Shown in pieces: positions 31,564 to 40,881 of a stretch of 64,000 nucleotides of DNA (its first letter is position 1; each line of letters begins with the position of its first letter). The notes under the pieces were generated by a model. That model worked only from the letters and a program-made list of their open reading frames with translations, was not told the DNA's origin and ran no database searches. The position numbers were made by a program, and so were the translations under genes. Location of the stretch: contig JACONJ010000020.1 of the NCBI GenBank assembly GCA_014323785.1, positions 62,391 through 126,390 of the forward strand, read 5' to 3'. This DNA comes from Paracoccaceae bacterium (GTDB lineage: Bacteria; Pseudomonadota; Alphaproteobacteria; Rhodobacterales; Rhodobacteraceae).

Positions 31564-32486
31564 AGCGTGCCGAGCACGTCGCGCGCGGCGGCACTGTCGG
31601 CATCCATTTGCGCAATCAGCGCATCGACACTGTCAAAACGGGCCTCAGGGCGCAGGAAATCGACCAGTGCCACTGAGAGGTGCGCACCGTAAAGATCACC
31701 GCTGAAATCAAAAAGGAAGGTTTCCAAATTCGGCACCTGCCCGCCAAACATCGGGCGGACGCCAAGTGAGGCAACGCCGCGATAGCTGCCCTGATGCGCA
31801 CCATCCAGGACGTCGACCAGCACGGCATAGACGCCGTGCCTGGGAACATGCAGACCGGCCAGGGACATATTCGCGGTTGGATACCCCAATTGCCGCCCGC
31901 GCTTTTCGCCATGCAGCACGGGGCCTTCGATCCGGTGCCAATCGCCCAGCATCGCCGCGGCGTCCCGCACCCGGCCCGCGCCAAGCGCGGTGCGGATACT
32001 GGTTGAGGAAACAGCACCAGAATCGCCTTTGATGACCTTGGCCACTGTCACGTCGAAGCCATGGCGTGCGCCGAACACCTGCAGCAGGGACACCGTACCG
32101 CCCCGGCCCCGGCCAAAGCGGAAATCGGCACCGATAACGACATGCCGGACCCCCAGCCCCTTGACCAGAACATCCCGGGCAAAATCTTCGGCCTCCAGCC
32201 CCGCCAGCGCAGGGCCAAAGGGCAATTCATAAAGCCGTTCCACCCCCAACTGTTCCAGCCGGCGAGCCCGCGCCCGCGCATTCATCAACCGAAAGGGCAA
32301 GGCGTCGGGAACAAAGAATTCCCTGGGATGGGGTTCAAAGGTCAGAATACCCAAGGGCGCGTCATGAGCGCGGGCGATGTCGATCACGCGCTGATGGCCC
32401 AGGTGCAGACCATCAAAATTGCCGATGGCGACCGAGGCCCCCCGATCCTTCGGCGTGGCATATTGATAGTTGCGCACAATCCGCAT
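31560..32486 (-). CDS. ribF: Bifunctional riboflavin kinase/FAD synthetase
   Basis: GNFDGLHLGH, TFEPHP, SSTSIR, GYPTAN, GVRPMF, LRPE; start placed at MRIVRNY. Confidence 0.95.
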   Translation of the reverse strand: MRIVRNYQYATPKDRGASVAIGNFDGLHLGHQRVIDIARAHDAPLGILTFEPHPREFFVPDALPFRLMNARARARRLEQLGVERLYELPFGPALAGLEAEDFARDVLVKGLGVRHVVIGADFRFGRGRGGTVSLLQVFGARHGFDVTVAKVIKGDSGAVSSTSIRTALGAGRVRDAAAMLGDWHRIEGPVLHGEKRGRQLGYPTANMSLAGLHVPRHGVYAVLVDVLDGAHQGSYRGVASLGVRPMFGGQVPNLETFLFDFSGDLYGAHLSVALVDFLRPEARFDSVDALIAQMDADSAAARDVLGTL

Positions 32487-32721
32487 GGCCCCCCGCTTAA
32501 CCGTGCAAGCGGTTAAGGGCAAGACGGCGGCCCGAATCACGCCGGGCGATGCAGGGAACGACGACATACCCCCCCTCTTTGAAGCCCGACACCCACATTC
32601 CCCCTTTTGAAACAGCCGCCAATCCCCGCCCTGCACCCAGGCGGGTACTTGCCCCCGCCTGTCCCTTTGCCTATTGGTGCCCCGTGAAACAGCACGCCCG
32701 GAGGGAGGCACCGAACCCTGG

Positions 32722-33483
32722 ATGTGGCCCGCTTTTGTCATCAATATGGCCCAGGATACCGCACGGCTGGCCCGGGCCGGGGCCGAGCTGGACCGGGCGG
32801 GGGTGCCTTGGGTGCGGCTGGAGGCGGTGGATGGCCGCGCGCTAAGTTGGGAAGAGGTCGCCCAAGTCTACGATATCGGGGCCAACCGGCGGCGTGCCAG
32901 ACATCCCCTGACCCGCCCCGAGATCGGCTGCTACCTCAGCCATATTAAGGCGTGGAAGGCGATTGTGGCAGGTGACCACCAGGGCGGCTTTGTGTTTGAA
33001 GATGATTTGCTCGTCACCGGCGATTTGGCGGGCGTGTCAGAGGCATTGGCGCGGGATTATGGTGGCTGGGATATTGCCAAATTGTTTTCCCTAAAACCGA
33101 TAGCCTTGCGCGGTTTGCCGCGTGATCTTGTCGCGGGCTACCGGATCGGCTGGCCCGTGCGTGTGCCCGCTACTACCCTTGGCTACGCAATCACGCGGGC
33201 GGGTGCAGAGCAGTTGCTGGCATGCGTGCCGCCGTTCTTTCGGCCCATTGATGAGGATCACAAGTTTTTCTGGGATTTTGATTTGTCCGTCACGCTCGTC
33301 ACCCCGTACCCGATCAAGGTCGGCATGCAGGAGGCGGCAAGCGGCACGGTGGGTGCGGCGCGCCGCTGCGCCATGCAGGTGGACCCGCGCAGTGCCATCA
33401 CCCGGGGCTGGCGCGGGATCACCTATCGTGCGGGCTATATGGCCGGGCTGCTGCGTTACCGTCCGGGCGGGTCGCCGAAATGA
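32722..33483 (+). CDS. Glycosyltransferase family 25
   Basis: FVINM...R, AVDG, EIGCYLSH, FEDD, GY.ITR.GA, PID motifs. Confidence 0.88.
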   Translation: MWPAFVINMAQDTARLARAGAELDRAGVPWVRLEAVDGRALSWEEVAQVYDIGANRRRARHPLTRPEIGCYLSHIKAWKAIVAGDHQGGFVFEDDLLVTGDLAGVSEALARDYGGWDIAKLFSLKPIALRGLPRDLVAGYRIGWPVRVPATTLGYAITRAGAEQLLACVPPFFRPIDEDHKFFWDFDLSVTLVTPYPIKVGMQEAASGTVGAARRCAMQVDPRSAITRGWRGITYRAGYMAGLLRYRPGGSPK

Positions 33484-34514
33484 CCGATGGCCCCTTGTTT
33501 CATCTGCAATTCGGCCGGGACGGCGGGACTGAGCGGTCCTTCCTGCGTTTGGCCGAGGCGTTTGCCGCACGCGGTGTGGTGCAGGAATTCGCGATCCGGC
33601 CCGGCAATTCCTGGCGCAGCACCTTGGACCAGCTCGGCCCGGTGCATGAGGGCTGGTTCCTGCGCCGGACCCCCTTGGGCCTGTGGCAGGCGGCCCGGTT
33701 GCGCCGCCGGATCATGGCGTCGGGTGCACAGGCGGTGATGGCTTGGCGCGCCCCTGCGGCCCGGCTGATCCCTGCACTGCCAACCGCCGCCAAGATCACG
33801 ATCCTAGGCGATTACCCAAGGCATCTGCGGCATTTCGGGTATCTGGATTGTTTGGTGGGCGTCTCACCCCCGGTGCTGGAACATTGCCGTTGCTTGGGGT
33901 GGGAAGGCCCCATGCGCCTGATCCCCAACTTCCTCCCGGAAACCTTCGCGCCCATTCCCGTGAACCGTGCGGCGTTTGACACGCCCCGGAATGCGTTCCT
34001 GATCATCGGGGTAGGGCGGTTTGTTCGAATCAAGGGGTTTGACACCCTGATTCATGCCGCTGCCGCCTGCCCCGATGCCTGGCTCTGGCTGGTGGGTGAC
34101 GGGGAAGAGCGTGCCGCACTGGAACGACTGGTGGCCGCGCTGGGCATGGCGGCGCGCACCCGCTTTGTCGGCTGGGTTAACCGCCCACAGGATTACATCG
34201 CTGCGGCAGATGTCTTTGCCATGCCAAGCCGACAGGAGCCCCTGGGCAATGTTGTTCTTGAGGCTTGGGCCGCTGGTGTGCCGGTCATCTCTACCCGATC
34301 AGAGGGGCCAGACTGGTTTGCAACGGATGGCGTGGATTGCCTGCTGGTCGATATCGATGACAGCACCGCCATGGCAGCGGCAATCACCCGGCTGCGCACG
34401 GCCCCGGACATGGCCGCGCAACTGGTCAAAGGTGGCCGCGCCACGATGGCCGCCCGCTTTACGCAAGACGCCGTGGTCAACCGCTATCTTGAGATTTTTG
34501 ACCGACAGTTCTAG
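33480..34514 (+). CDS. Glycosyltransferase family 4 (GT-B)
   Basis: VGRFVRIKGFD, LVGDG, PSRQEPLGNVVLEAW. Confidence 0.88.
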   Translation: MTDGPLFHLQFGRDGGTERSFLRLAEAFAARGVVQEFAIRPGNSWRSTLDQLGPVHEGWFLRRTPLGLWQAARLRRRIMASGAQAVMAWRAPAARLIPALPTAAKITILGDYPRHLRHFGYLDCLVGVSPPVLEHCRCLGWEGPMRLIPNFLPETFAPIPVNRAAFDTPRNAFLIIGVGRFVRIKGFDTLIHAAAACPDAWLWLVGDGEERAALERLVAALGMAARTRFVGWVNRPQDYIAAADVFAMPSRQEPLGNVVLEAWAAGVPVISTRSEGPDWFATDGVDCLLVDIDDSTAMAAAITRLRTAPDMAAQLVKGGRATMAARFTQDAVVNRYLEIFDRQF

Positions 34515-34520
34515 GGCCGG

Positions 34521-35357
34521 ATGCTGCGCACGATCATCATCAATATGGCCACCGCCACGGATCGAATGGGGTTCATGGCCGCCCAGATGGCGCACTTCAA
34601 CCTGTCCTGGGAACGGTTAGAGGCCGTTACCCCCGCCACGCTGACCCCGCCCGCCGATGATCCGGTCTGGCGCCGCTGGCAGCGGCCCTTGCGGCAAACG
34701 GAAATGGCACTTTGTGCCTCTCATATGCGGGTCTGGGAGCAGGTGCTGAAACACGACGCGCCCTGTCTGATATTAGAGGATGACGCTGTCCTTGCCGCTG
34801 ATCTTCCCGATTTTCTGGCGCGGGTGACGGGGCTGCCCAACATCGACCATCTAAGCCTGGAGACGCGGGGGCGCAGGAAATTCGTGAGTATTCACATGCA
34901 TCCGGCCGCGCCTGTCCGGCGGCTGTGGCAGGATCGCACCGGGGCTGCCGCCTATATCGCCTGGCCCAGGGGGGCGCGTCAGATGCTGGCCAGGGCGCAC
35001 GCGGCAGGGGGGGGCCCTGCGGACGCGGTGATCAGCGGAACCTGGGGCATGAAGAGTTTTCAGGCCGATCCGGCCCTGAGCGTACAACTGGATATGTGTG
35101 ACCGCTACGGCATTCCGCAGGCGATCCCGGTGCGGTCCCTGGTTGATGTGGAAGATAAGCCGACCGACTGGAGCGGCTATTCCGCCGCAGCACGGCGCGG
35201 GTTCCGCAGGCGGCGGGTTTGGGCGCAAATCTCTATGGGGGTGCGGCAGGCGGTGCGCATGCCAAAGGGGCGGCGGATGCATATCCGCCCCGCGTTCGAT
35301 TGGCCCGGGCTTTCGGTCACCGCGGATACGGGCGCACCCGGTTCCAAAAGGGACTGA
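34521..35357 (+). CDS. Glycosyltransferase family 25
   Basis: IINM...DR..FM, EMALCASH, ILEDDA, GAAAY, PAD motifs. Confidence 0.85.
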   Translation: MLRTIIINMATATDRMGFMAAQMAHFNLSWERLEAVTPATLTPPADDPVWRRWQRPLRQTEMALCASHMRVWEQVLKHDAPCLILEDDAVLAADLPDFLARVTGLPNIDHLSLETRGRRKFVSIHMHPAAPVRRLWQDRTGAAAYIAWPRGARQMLARAHAAGGGPADAVISGTWGMKSFQADPALSVQLDMCDRYGIPQAIPVRSLVDVEDKPTDWSGYSAAARRGFRRRRVWAQISMGVRQAVRMPKGRRMHIRPAFDWPGLSVTADTGAPGSKRD

Positions 35358-35430
35358 TACAGGACCGCCCCGGCCTGAAACCAGACCGGGGCGATGTCGT
35401 GCGCTTGCGGTTCAGATGCGCACCGCCGGG

Positions 35431-36135
35431 TCAGAACGCGAAGAGCATCCCGACGCCAAACTTGGTTTGATCGAACTCAAGCGGCACGATAAAAAAGTAG
35501 TCCTCCTCCCGATAGCGGGCGTGTTCCAACTGTGCAAACACTTTGCGCCCTTCCGACAGTTGATAGTTCACCCCCAGCACCGCTTTGGGACCGAAATGGA
35601 AGTTGCTGTCAGAACCGGAATCGAGGGTGTCACCCTCAACATCCGATAAAGAAATCTCGGCACTGATCGCGGACAGGCCGATGCCTCCGTAGAACGAAAG
35701 AGCATCGGTTGTGTTGACCCCGGCCAGAAACAGAATGTCAGCACTGAAGTCTGTACTGATTTCTATCTCCCCGTTCAGAGTGTTATTTCCTACCTCTACA
35801 TTATTGAAGGATGCTTCATAGGACGTGTTTTCAAGGGTGAGAGCCCCTTGAAACCCGATGAAGCCTCCATTGGCCGTTGGGCTGGTGCGGCGCAACACAG
35901 CACCCACAGCCGTTGGGCTGGTGCGGCGAAAAGCACCCAGGACTTCCCCGGCTTCCTCACCACCTGCGGCTTCCCCGGTTTCGTCACCGATGTCACCTAT
36001 CCCCGGAACGGTAGCCCCATACTCCGCCCTTTGGAAGATGATGCCAAACTCGGTTTCCTAGGCCACAGCAGGGCCACACAGCAGCACCAGGCCGGCCCCC
36101 GTTGCTGCGCAAAATTTTGATACGTTCATGTTCAT
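35431..36135 (-). pseudogene. Outer-membrane beta-barrel paralog with an amber stop at the first mature codon and an internal 36-bp duplication
   Basis: MNMNVSKFCAATGAGLVLLCGPAVA*ETEFGII...; TAG at 36058-36060 where copy 1 has CAG; frame otherwise open to ...KFGVGMLFAF. Confidence 0.88.
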
Positions 36136-36203
36136 GCGTTGAACTCCCGTTATGCATGTTGCCAAGGGTCAGGTTATCCTTGACCCCGAATCCTGCCTAA
36201 CGT

Positions 36204-36222
36204 ATTGTACCCCCCCCCCCCC
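36204..36222 (-). promoter_or_regulatory. -10 box with adjacent poly-G13, OMP copy 2
   Basis: Minus strand GGGGTTGC-G13-TACAAT (C run 36210-36222 on plus). Confidence 0.55.
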
Positions 36223-36268
36223 GCAACCCCTCAGCATTTGAAAATGGGGTGTGCGGCTACCCCGGGCA

Positions 36269-37180
36269 TCACCTCTGGTGCGAAACGAACCGGGCCTGCC
36301 GCCACGGTTTCCAGCGCCGATGCACCCAGAACCATTGTTCCGGCCGCGTGCGCACCCTGTGGGCCAGACTGTCATTCAGGGCCTGGGTCATCGTTTCGGC
36401 ATCGCTTGCCGGGATCGGGGCCTCAAGCGTGACGTTGAAATCCAGGCCGTTTGCCATGCGTTCGGCATAGAACGGGATCAGCACAGCATCGTATTTCAGG
36501 GCCATTGCGGCGACGGCCAGCCCGGTGGGGGCAGGTTGCCCCAGGAAATCCAGTTGCACCCCGCCAGCGGTGTATTGGTCAATCAATACCACGCCATGGC
36601 CACCGGATTTCAGATACCGCACAAATTGAACCATGCCACGGGTGCCGCGCGGAAAGACCGGCCCCCCAAGGCGTTCCATGGCTGCCACGTAGTGGCGGTT
36701 GAAATAGCCGTTATTCATGGGCCGGTAAAGGCCGCCGATGGTGTATCCCCGCACGGTCAGCGCGGCACGGGCGGCCTCATAATTCCCGAAATGTCCCGAT
36801 ATCAGCAGAACCGGCCGTCCTGCGGCTTTGGCCCTGGCCAGGGCAGGCACACCGGGGCCCAAAGGCACCCACCCCTTCGCACGGGCCAGCAGTTCCGCCG
36901 TGGAGTAATTCTCGATCAGCATACGCCCGAAATTGTCAATTGCGGCATCGGCAATCCGCCCGGCCCGACCAGGGGGCAGATCCGGCCAGACATGGGCCAG
37001 ATTGGCCAGGGCGCGGGATTTGGCACCGCTTATGGGGCCGGCCACACGACGCATGAACCAGCCCGTTATCGGGACGCGGCGGTCATAGGGCAGGGCGCAG
37101 GCCAGTCCGATCACTCCGCGTGCGATGCTGTCGCTGATCCAGTTTTGCCAGGTGAAGCTTTGCGTGTTGGATACACCCAT
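36269..37180 (-). CDS. Lysophospholipid/lipid A acyltransferase (LpxL/HtrB-like)
   Basis: SGHFGNYE HxxxxE motif, LIDQ, FLG, PEQWFWVHRRWK. Confidence 0.88.
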   Translation of the reverse strand: MGVSNTQSFTWQNWISDSIARGVIGLACALPYDRRVPITGWFMRRVAGPISGAKSRALANLAHVWPDLPPGRAGRIADAAIDNFGRMLIENYSTAELLARAKGWVPLGPGVPALARAKAAGRPVLLISGHFGNYEAARAALTVRGYTIGGLYRPMNNGYFNRHYVAAMERLGGPVFPRGTRGMVQFVRYLKSGGHGVVLIDQYTAGGVQLDFLGQPAPTGLAVAAMALKYDAVLIPFYAERMANGLDFNVTLEAPIPASDAETMTQALNDSLAHRVRTRPEQWFWVHRRWKPWRQARFVSHQR

Positions 37181-37489
37181 CGGGTCAGTGTCCCTGGCTG
37201 CCGTGCCTGCCCTGGGGACCGCCGGGGCCGGAGGGGCCATACCATGGGCGTGGGTGCCTGGGGCTCGCGATGTTCAGCGTAGCCTCCGGCCGCGATGTTG
37301 ACAAGTGCCCTTGGACGTGTCAGCACATCCGACCCCTTGCCAAGGGCCACCACCCACCAACAGGCCACAAGGATCGCACCAGCAGAGCCCAAAGGACGCG
37401 ACCGGGTCATGGGGCCACACGTGCCATCCAGGCCCACGCTATACAGGGCTGATTGTGCGGGCAGGGCCGATTGCGGTAAGCTCGCCGCC

Positions 37490-38269
37490 ATGCCCCGTTA
37501 CGCCCTCAAGCTGGAATATGATGGCGCACCTTTTGCCGGGTGGCAACGGCAGGCCGGGGTTCCAAGCGTGCAAGCCCGGCTTGAGGCCGCGCTGGCGATG
37601 CTGGAACCGGACATTCCTTCGATCATCGCCGCGGGGCGCACCGATGCGGGCGTCCACGCGACCGGCCAGGTGGCCCATTGCGACATGGCACGGGACTGGG
37701 CCCCGTTTCGCCTGTCCGAGGCCCTGAATCATCACCTGAAGCCAGACCCAATCGCGGTGATCGCCTGTGTGCGGGTTAACGACGATTGGCATGCCCGCTT
37801 TTCCGCCATCGAACGATGCTATCTTTACCGGGTCATTTGTCGCCGTGCCCCTTTGGCACTGGAGGCGGGCAAGGTTTGGCAGGTCAAGACCCGGCTTGAT
37901 CCACAGGCGATGCAGAAGGCCAGCCGGCATCTGATCGGGCGGCATGATTTTACCACCTTCCGCGCCTCAATCTGCCAGGCGGCAAGCCCGGTAAAGACCC
38001 TTGATGAGCTGCGGGTCGAGGCCTGTCCCGGCCCCGACCAAACGGAAATCCGCTTTCACCTGCGCGCCCGTTCGTTCCTGCACAATCAGGTTCGCTCGAT
38101 CATCGGCAGCCTGGCGCGGGTCGGCAGCGGGGCATGGCCACCCGGAGAGATCGCTGAGGCACTCACCGCCAAAGATCGCGCCCGATGCGGCCCCGTGGCC
38201 CCGCCCGATGGTCTCTACCTGACCAGGGTGCGGTATTCGGGCAATCCTTTCGCCCCGGGGGCCGGGTGA
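37490..38269 (+). CDS. truA: tRNA pseudouridine(38-40) synthase
   Basis: [42 protein letters not shown]. Confidence 0.96.
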   Translation: MPRYALKLEYDGAPFAGWQRQAGVPSVQARLEAALAMLEPDIPSIIAAGRTDAGVHATGQVAHCDMARDWAPFRLSEALNHHLKPDPIAVIACVRVNDDWHARFSAIERCYLYRVICRRAPLALEAGKVWQVKTRLDPQAMQKASRHLIGRHDFTTFRASICQAASPVKTLDELRVEACPGPDQTEIRFHLRARSFLHNQVRSIIGSLARVGSGAWPPGEIAEALTAKDRARCGPVAPPDGLYLTRVRYSGNPFAPGAG

Positions 38270-39420
38270 GCGCGGCACCCGCTTACGCGCCACGGGTGAT
38301 TCTGCTGGGCGGCGGGCATGCGCACGCGCTTGTCTTGCGCTACTGGCATGCGCACGCACCGGGGCTCAGGGTACCGGGGCCCAGGGTCCGGCTGACCGTG
38401 ATCAATCCGAAATCCACGGCCCCCTATTCCGGGATGCTGCCCGGCTATGTTGCCGGCCATTACCAGAAGCCGGATTTGGATATAGACCTTCCCGCCCTGG
38501 CGCATTTCGCCGGGGCAGAGTTCATTATGGGCACCGCGACGGGAATCGACACGGCCGCGAAAACAGTAGCCATTGCCGGCCATCCCGATCCCCTCCCCTA
38601 CGATCTGCTTTCGATCAATATCGGCGTGACCTCGATCCTGGCGGATTTGCCAGGTTTCATTGCGCATGCGATCCCGGCCAGGCCGCTGGATCGCTTTGCC
38701 GCGCGATGGGCTGCGTTCTGTGCCGCGCCGCCTGCCGCACCCGCGATCACGGTTCTTGGCGGCGGCGTTGCGGGGGTGGAACTTGCCATGGCCACCCGGT
38801 ACAGGCTGATTCGGCAGGGGGCAAAGCCCATCGTTACAATCCTGGAGCGCGGCGCAGCCCTGACAACCGCGCCAGGGGCCACCCGCCGCCGCCTGTGCCA
38901 CGCTTTGGACGCAGCGGGCGTGAAACTGGCGGAACACACAATGCCAAAGCGTATCTCGGCGGATGCTGTTCACCTGGCGTCAGGAAAGAACCTGGCCAGC
39001 GACCTGACCATCGGTGCAGCAGGGGCGCGGCCGCATCCCTGGCTTTCAGAGACTGGGCTAGAGACCAAGACTGGCTTCCTGAGCGTGACAGAGACGCTGC
39101 AAACCACCCGCGATCCGGCGATCTATGCCGTGGGGGATTGCGCCTGCCTGTCCCACGCGCCGCGCCCAAAGGCAGGCGTTTTCGCCGTGCGCGCGGCACC
39201 GATCCTTATGGCTAACCTGAAAGCTGCTGTGACTGGCGACCCGCAACGGCCTTTCCACCCGCAGCGTGATTACCTGAAGCTGATCTCTCTCGGCAGCAAG
39301 TCCGCCTTGGGGGAAAAACGCGGGATCGCCGTTTGTGGCAGATGGGTATGGTACTGGAAAGACCGGATCGACCGCCGCTTCATGAACCAGTTTCACAATC
39401 TGCCCGGCGCACGGCTTTAG
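38266..39420 (+). CDS. FAD-dependent pyridine nucleotide-disulfide oxidoreductase resembling the N-terminal domain of fused SelD, without a SelD domain
   Basis: [47 protein letters not shown] then stop. Confidence 0.8.
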   Translation: MSAAPAYAPRVILLGGGHAHALVLRYWHAHAPGLRVPGPRVRLTVINPKSTAPYSGMLPGYVAGHYQKPDLDIDLPALAHFAGAEFIMGTATGIDTAAKTVAIAGHPDPLPYDLLSINIGVTSILADLPGFIAHAIPARPLDRFAARWAAFCAAPPAAPAITVLGGGVAGVELAMATRYRLIRQGAKPIVTILERGAALTTAPGATRRRLCHALDAAGVKLAEHTMPKRISADAVHLASGKNLASDLTIGAAGARPHPWLSETGLETKTGFLSVTETLQTTRDPAIYAVGDCACLSHAPRPKAGVFAVRAAPILMANLKAAVTGDPQRPFHPQRDYLKLISLGSKSALGEKRGIAVCGRWVWYWKDRIDRRFMNQFHNLPGARL

Positions 39421-39792
39421 CCTAGGATACGCCTGGATTGGACTCAGGCAAACCCGTAGTGTGGCACGGGGAATTCACAGGACCGGCGTTGGTGTTCCAA
39501 CATGAACCCGCTACGGGGGGGGGCCGCCAGACTGGCACGACCACGCACAGAACCCCGCCCCGGCACGGCCCCACGGGGGATGATGCTGAAGGACGGGGTG
39601 CCGCTGGCGCGTGCCGGTCCGTCATGTCGCGTGGTGCCCCCATTTGCCACCACTCAAACAACCGCCGCCTTGTCGATTGACAGGTGGCAGCCGCCGTCAA
39701 ACGCCCCGGTGGGGGCGGACTGGGTTCAATGGTGACGTGTGGCCGCACGTCAATTTTGTAGCGGGCCGGAGGTGCCTTAAAATCCCGCCTTA

Positions 39793-40512
39793 TTAGACCC
39801 GCACGAAGCGCAGATAATGCGGCACCCGGCCCGCCCGCAGTGCCTTTTGTTCATAGCGGGTAGACAGCCAGTTTTGCCATGGTGTGCGCCAGTCGCCGGG
39901 CCGTTCCGCCAGCCAGTGAAAGCCATGCCGGGGCACCTGTTGCAAGGTCTGGCACACATAATTGGGGATGTCAGTTACCACCCGCAGCTCTGCCCCAAGG
40001 TGCATCACCCGGGCCAAAGGCACAAGATGCTCCGGCGTAACAAAGCGCCGCCGATGGTGGCGGACCTTTGGCCATGGATCAGGGTACAGCAGGAAGGCCC
40101 TGGAGATTGAAGCCCTTGGCAGCAGATCAAACAGGTCACGGACATCGCCGGGATGAACGCGCAGGTTTGTGACCCCGGTCTTGCGGATGTTCCCTAACAG
40201 CATGGCGACCCCATTGATGTAGGGGTCACACCCGATGATCCCCACATCGGGGTTAAGACCCGCCTGATGTACCATATGCTCACCGCCACCAAAGCCGATC
40301 TCCAGCCAGACCTCGCGCCCGTCAAAGAGCGCGTCCATATCCAGCGGTGCGCGGGACGGGTTTTCCGTCCACCCCACGGGCCCAGGGGAGAGTGCGACCA
40401 GATCCTCTGCCAGATAGCGTTCCTGACTGTCCTTGAGATGATGCCCCCTGCGCCGGCCATAGAAGTTGCGCACGGGGCGCACCGTAGCAGTGTGCGCGTG
40501 TTTTTCCATCAT
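39793..40512 (-). CDS. trmB: tRNA (guanine-N7)-methyltransferase
   Basis: RNFYGR, LEIGFGGGEH, LYPDPWPK.RHHRRR, TRYEQKA; exact start uncertain. Confidence 0.92.
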   Translation of the reverse strand: MMEKHAHTATVRPVRNFYGRRRGHHLKDSQERYLAEDLVALSPGPVGWTENPSRAPLDMDALFDGREVWLEIGFGGGEHMVHQAGLNPDVGIIGCDPYINGVAMLLGNIRKTGVTNLRVHPGDVRDLFDLLPRASISRAFLLYPDPWPKVRHHRRRFVTPEHLVPLARVMHLGAELRVVTDIPNYVCQTLQQVPRHGFHWLAERPGDWRTPWQNWLSTRYEQKALRAGRVPHYLRFVRV

Positions 40513-40862
40513 AGCCACCGGAATCGACAGGCCCCCCGAGGCTGTCATGGAACCTGGGGCGGACCACCCGATACCCCATCCTGCGTCATGCGACCTTTTC
40601 CGCCGGGCTGACCTTTGCCGTAATCTGGTCTGTGCCCTGATTGAACAGGCGGCGTTCCGCCTTGGCCGCCAAGGCCCGCGCAACGCCCCGACGCTGATAA
40701 GCGGGATCCACATAAAGCCCAATGATCTCGGTCCCTGGCACAACTGGTGCAGATGTTCGGCGGCATGACCGCATCGGGCATGGCTGCAATCACCCAGACA
40801 CGAAGCCGGGCCAGCGTGGGTGCATTGCCCGCCCGAAACCCTTTGACCTCAATGGCCATCAT
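40513..40862 (-). pseudogene. Fragmented GNAT acetyltransferase
   Basis: Pieces in different frames: IEVKGFRAGNAPTLARL, GHAAEHLHQ, EIIGLYVDPAYQRRGVARAL (acetyl-CoA motif A). Confidence 0.6.
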
Positions 40863-40881
40863 GCGCAGGACGGCGCGACTG

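Larger units (their letters stand above)
35366..36233. repeat. Dispersed OMP cassette, copy 2
   Basis: Same boundaries, terminator, UTR hairpin and promoter as 30247..31063. Confidence 0.9.

Noticed and set aside
32496-32517. Palindrome CTTAACCG-N6-CGGTTAAG upstream of ribF as FMN riboswitch or CtrA site
   Set aside because: No RFN element features; TTAA spacing is 12, not 7; at most an unassigned operator or hairpin
30247-36233. Diversity-generating retroelement or integron cassettes as explanation for the OMP pair
   Set aside because: No reverse transcriptase or integrase in the window; differences include indels and all base types rather than A-specific changes; cassettes carry their own promoters and no attC-like sites were seen
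39453-39517. Cloverleaf-like fold (CCCGTAG/CTACGGG stem with two inner hairpins) as tRNA-Sec or other ncRNA
   Set aside because: No T-arm or anticodon-arm geometry; such stems arise by chance in GC-rich DNA
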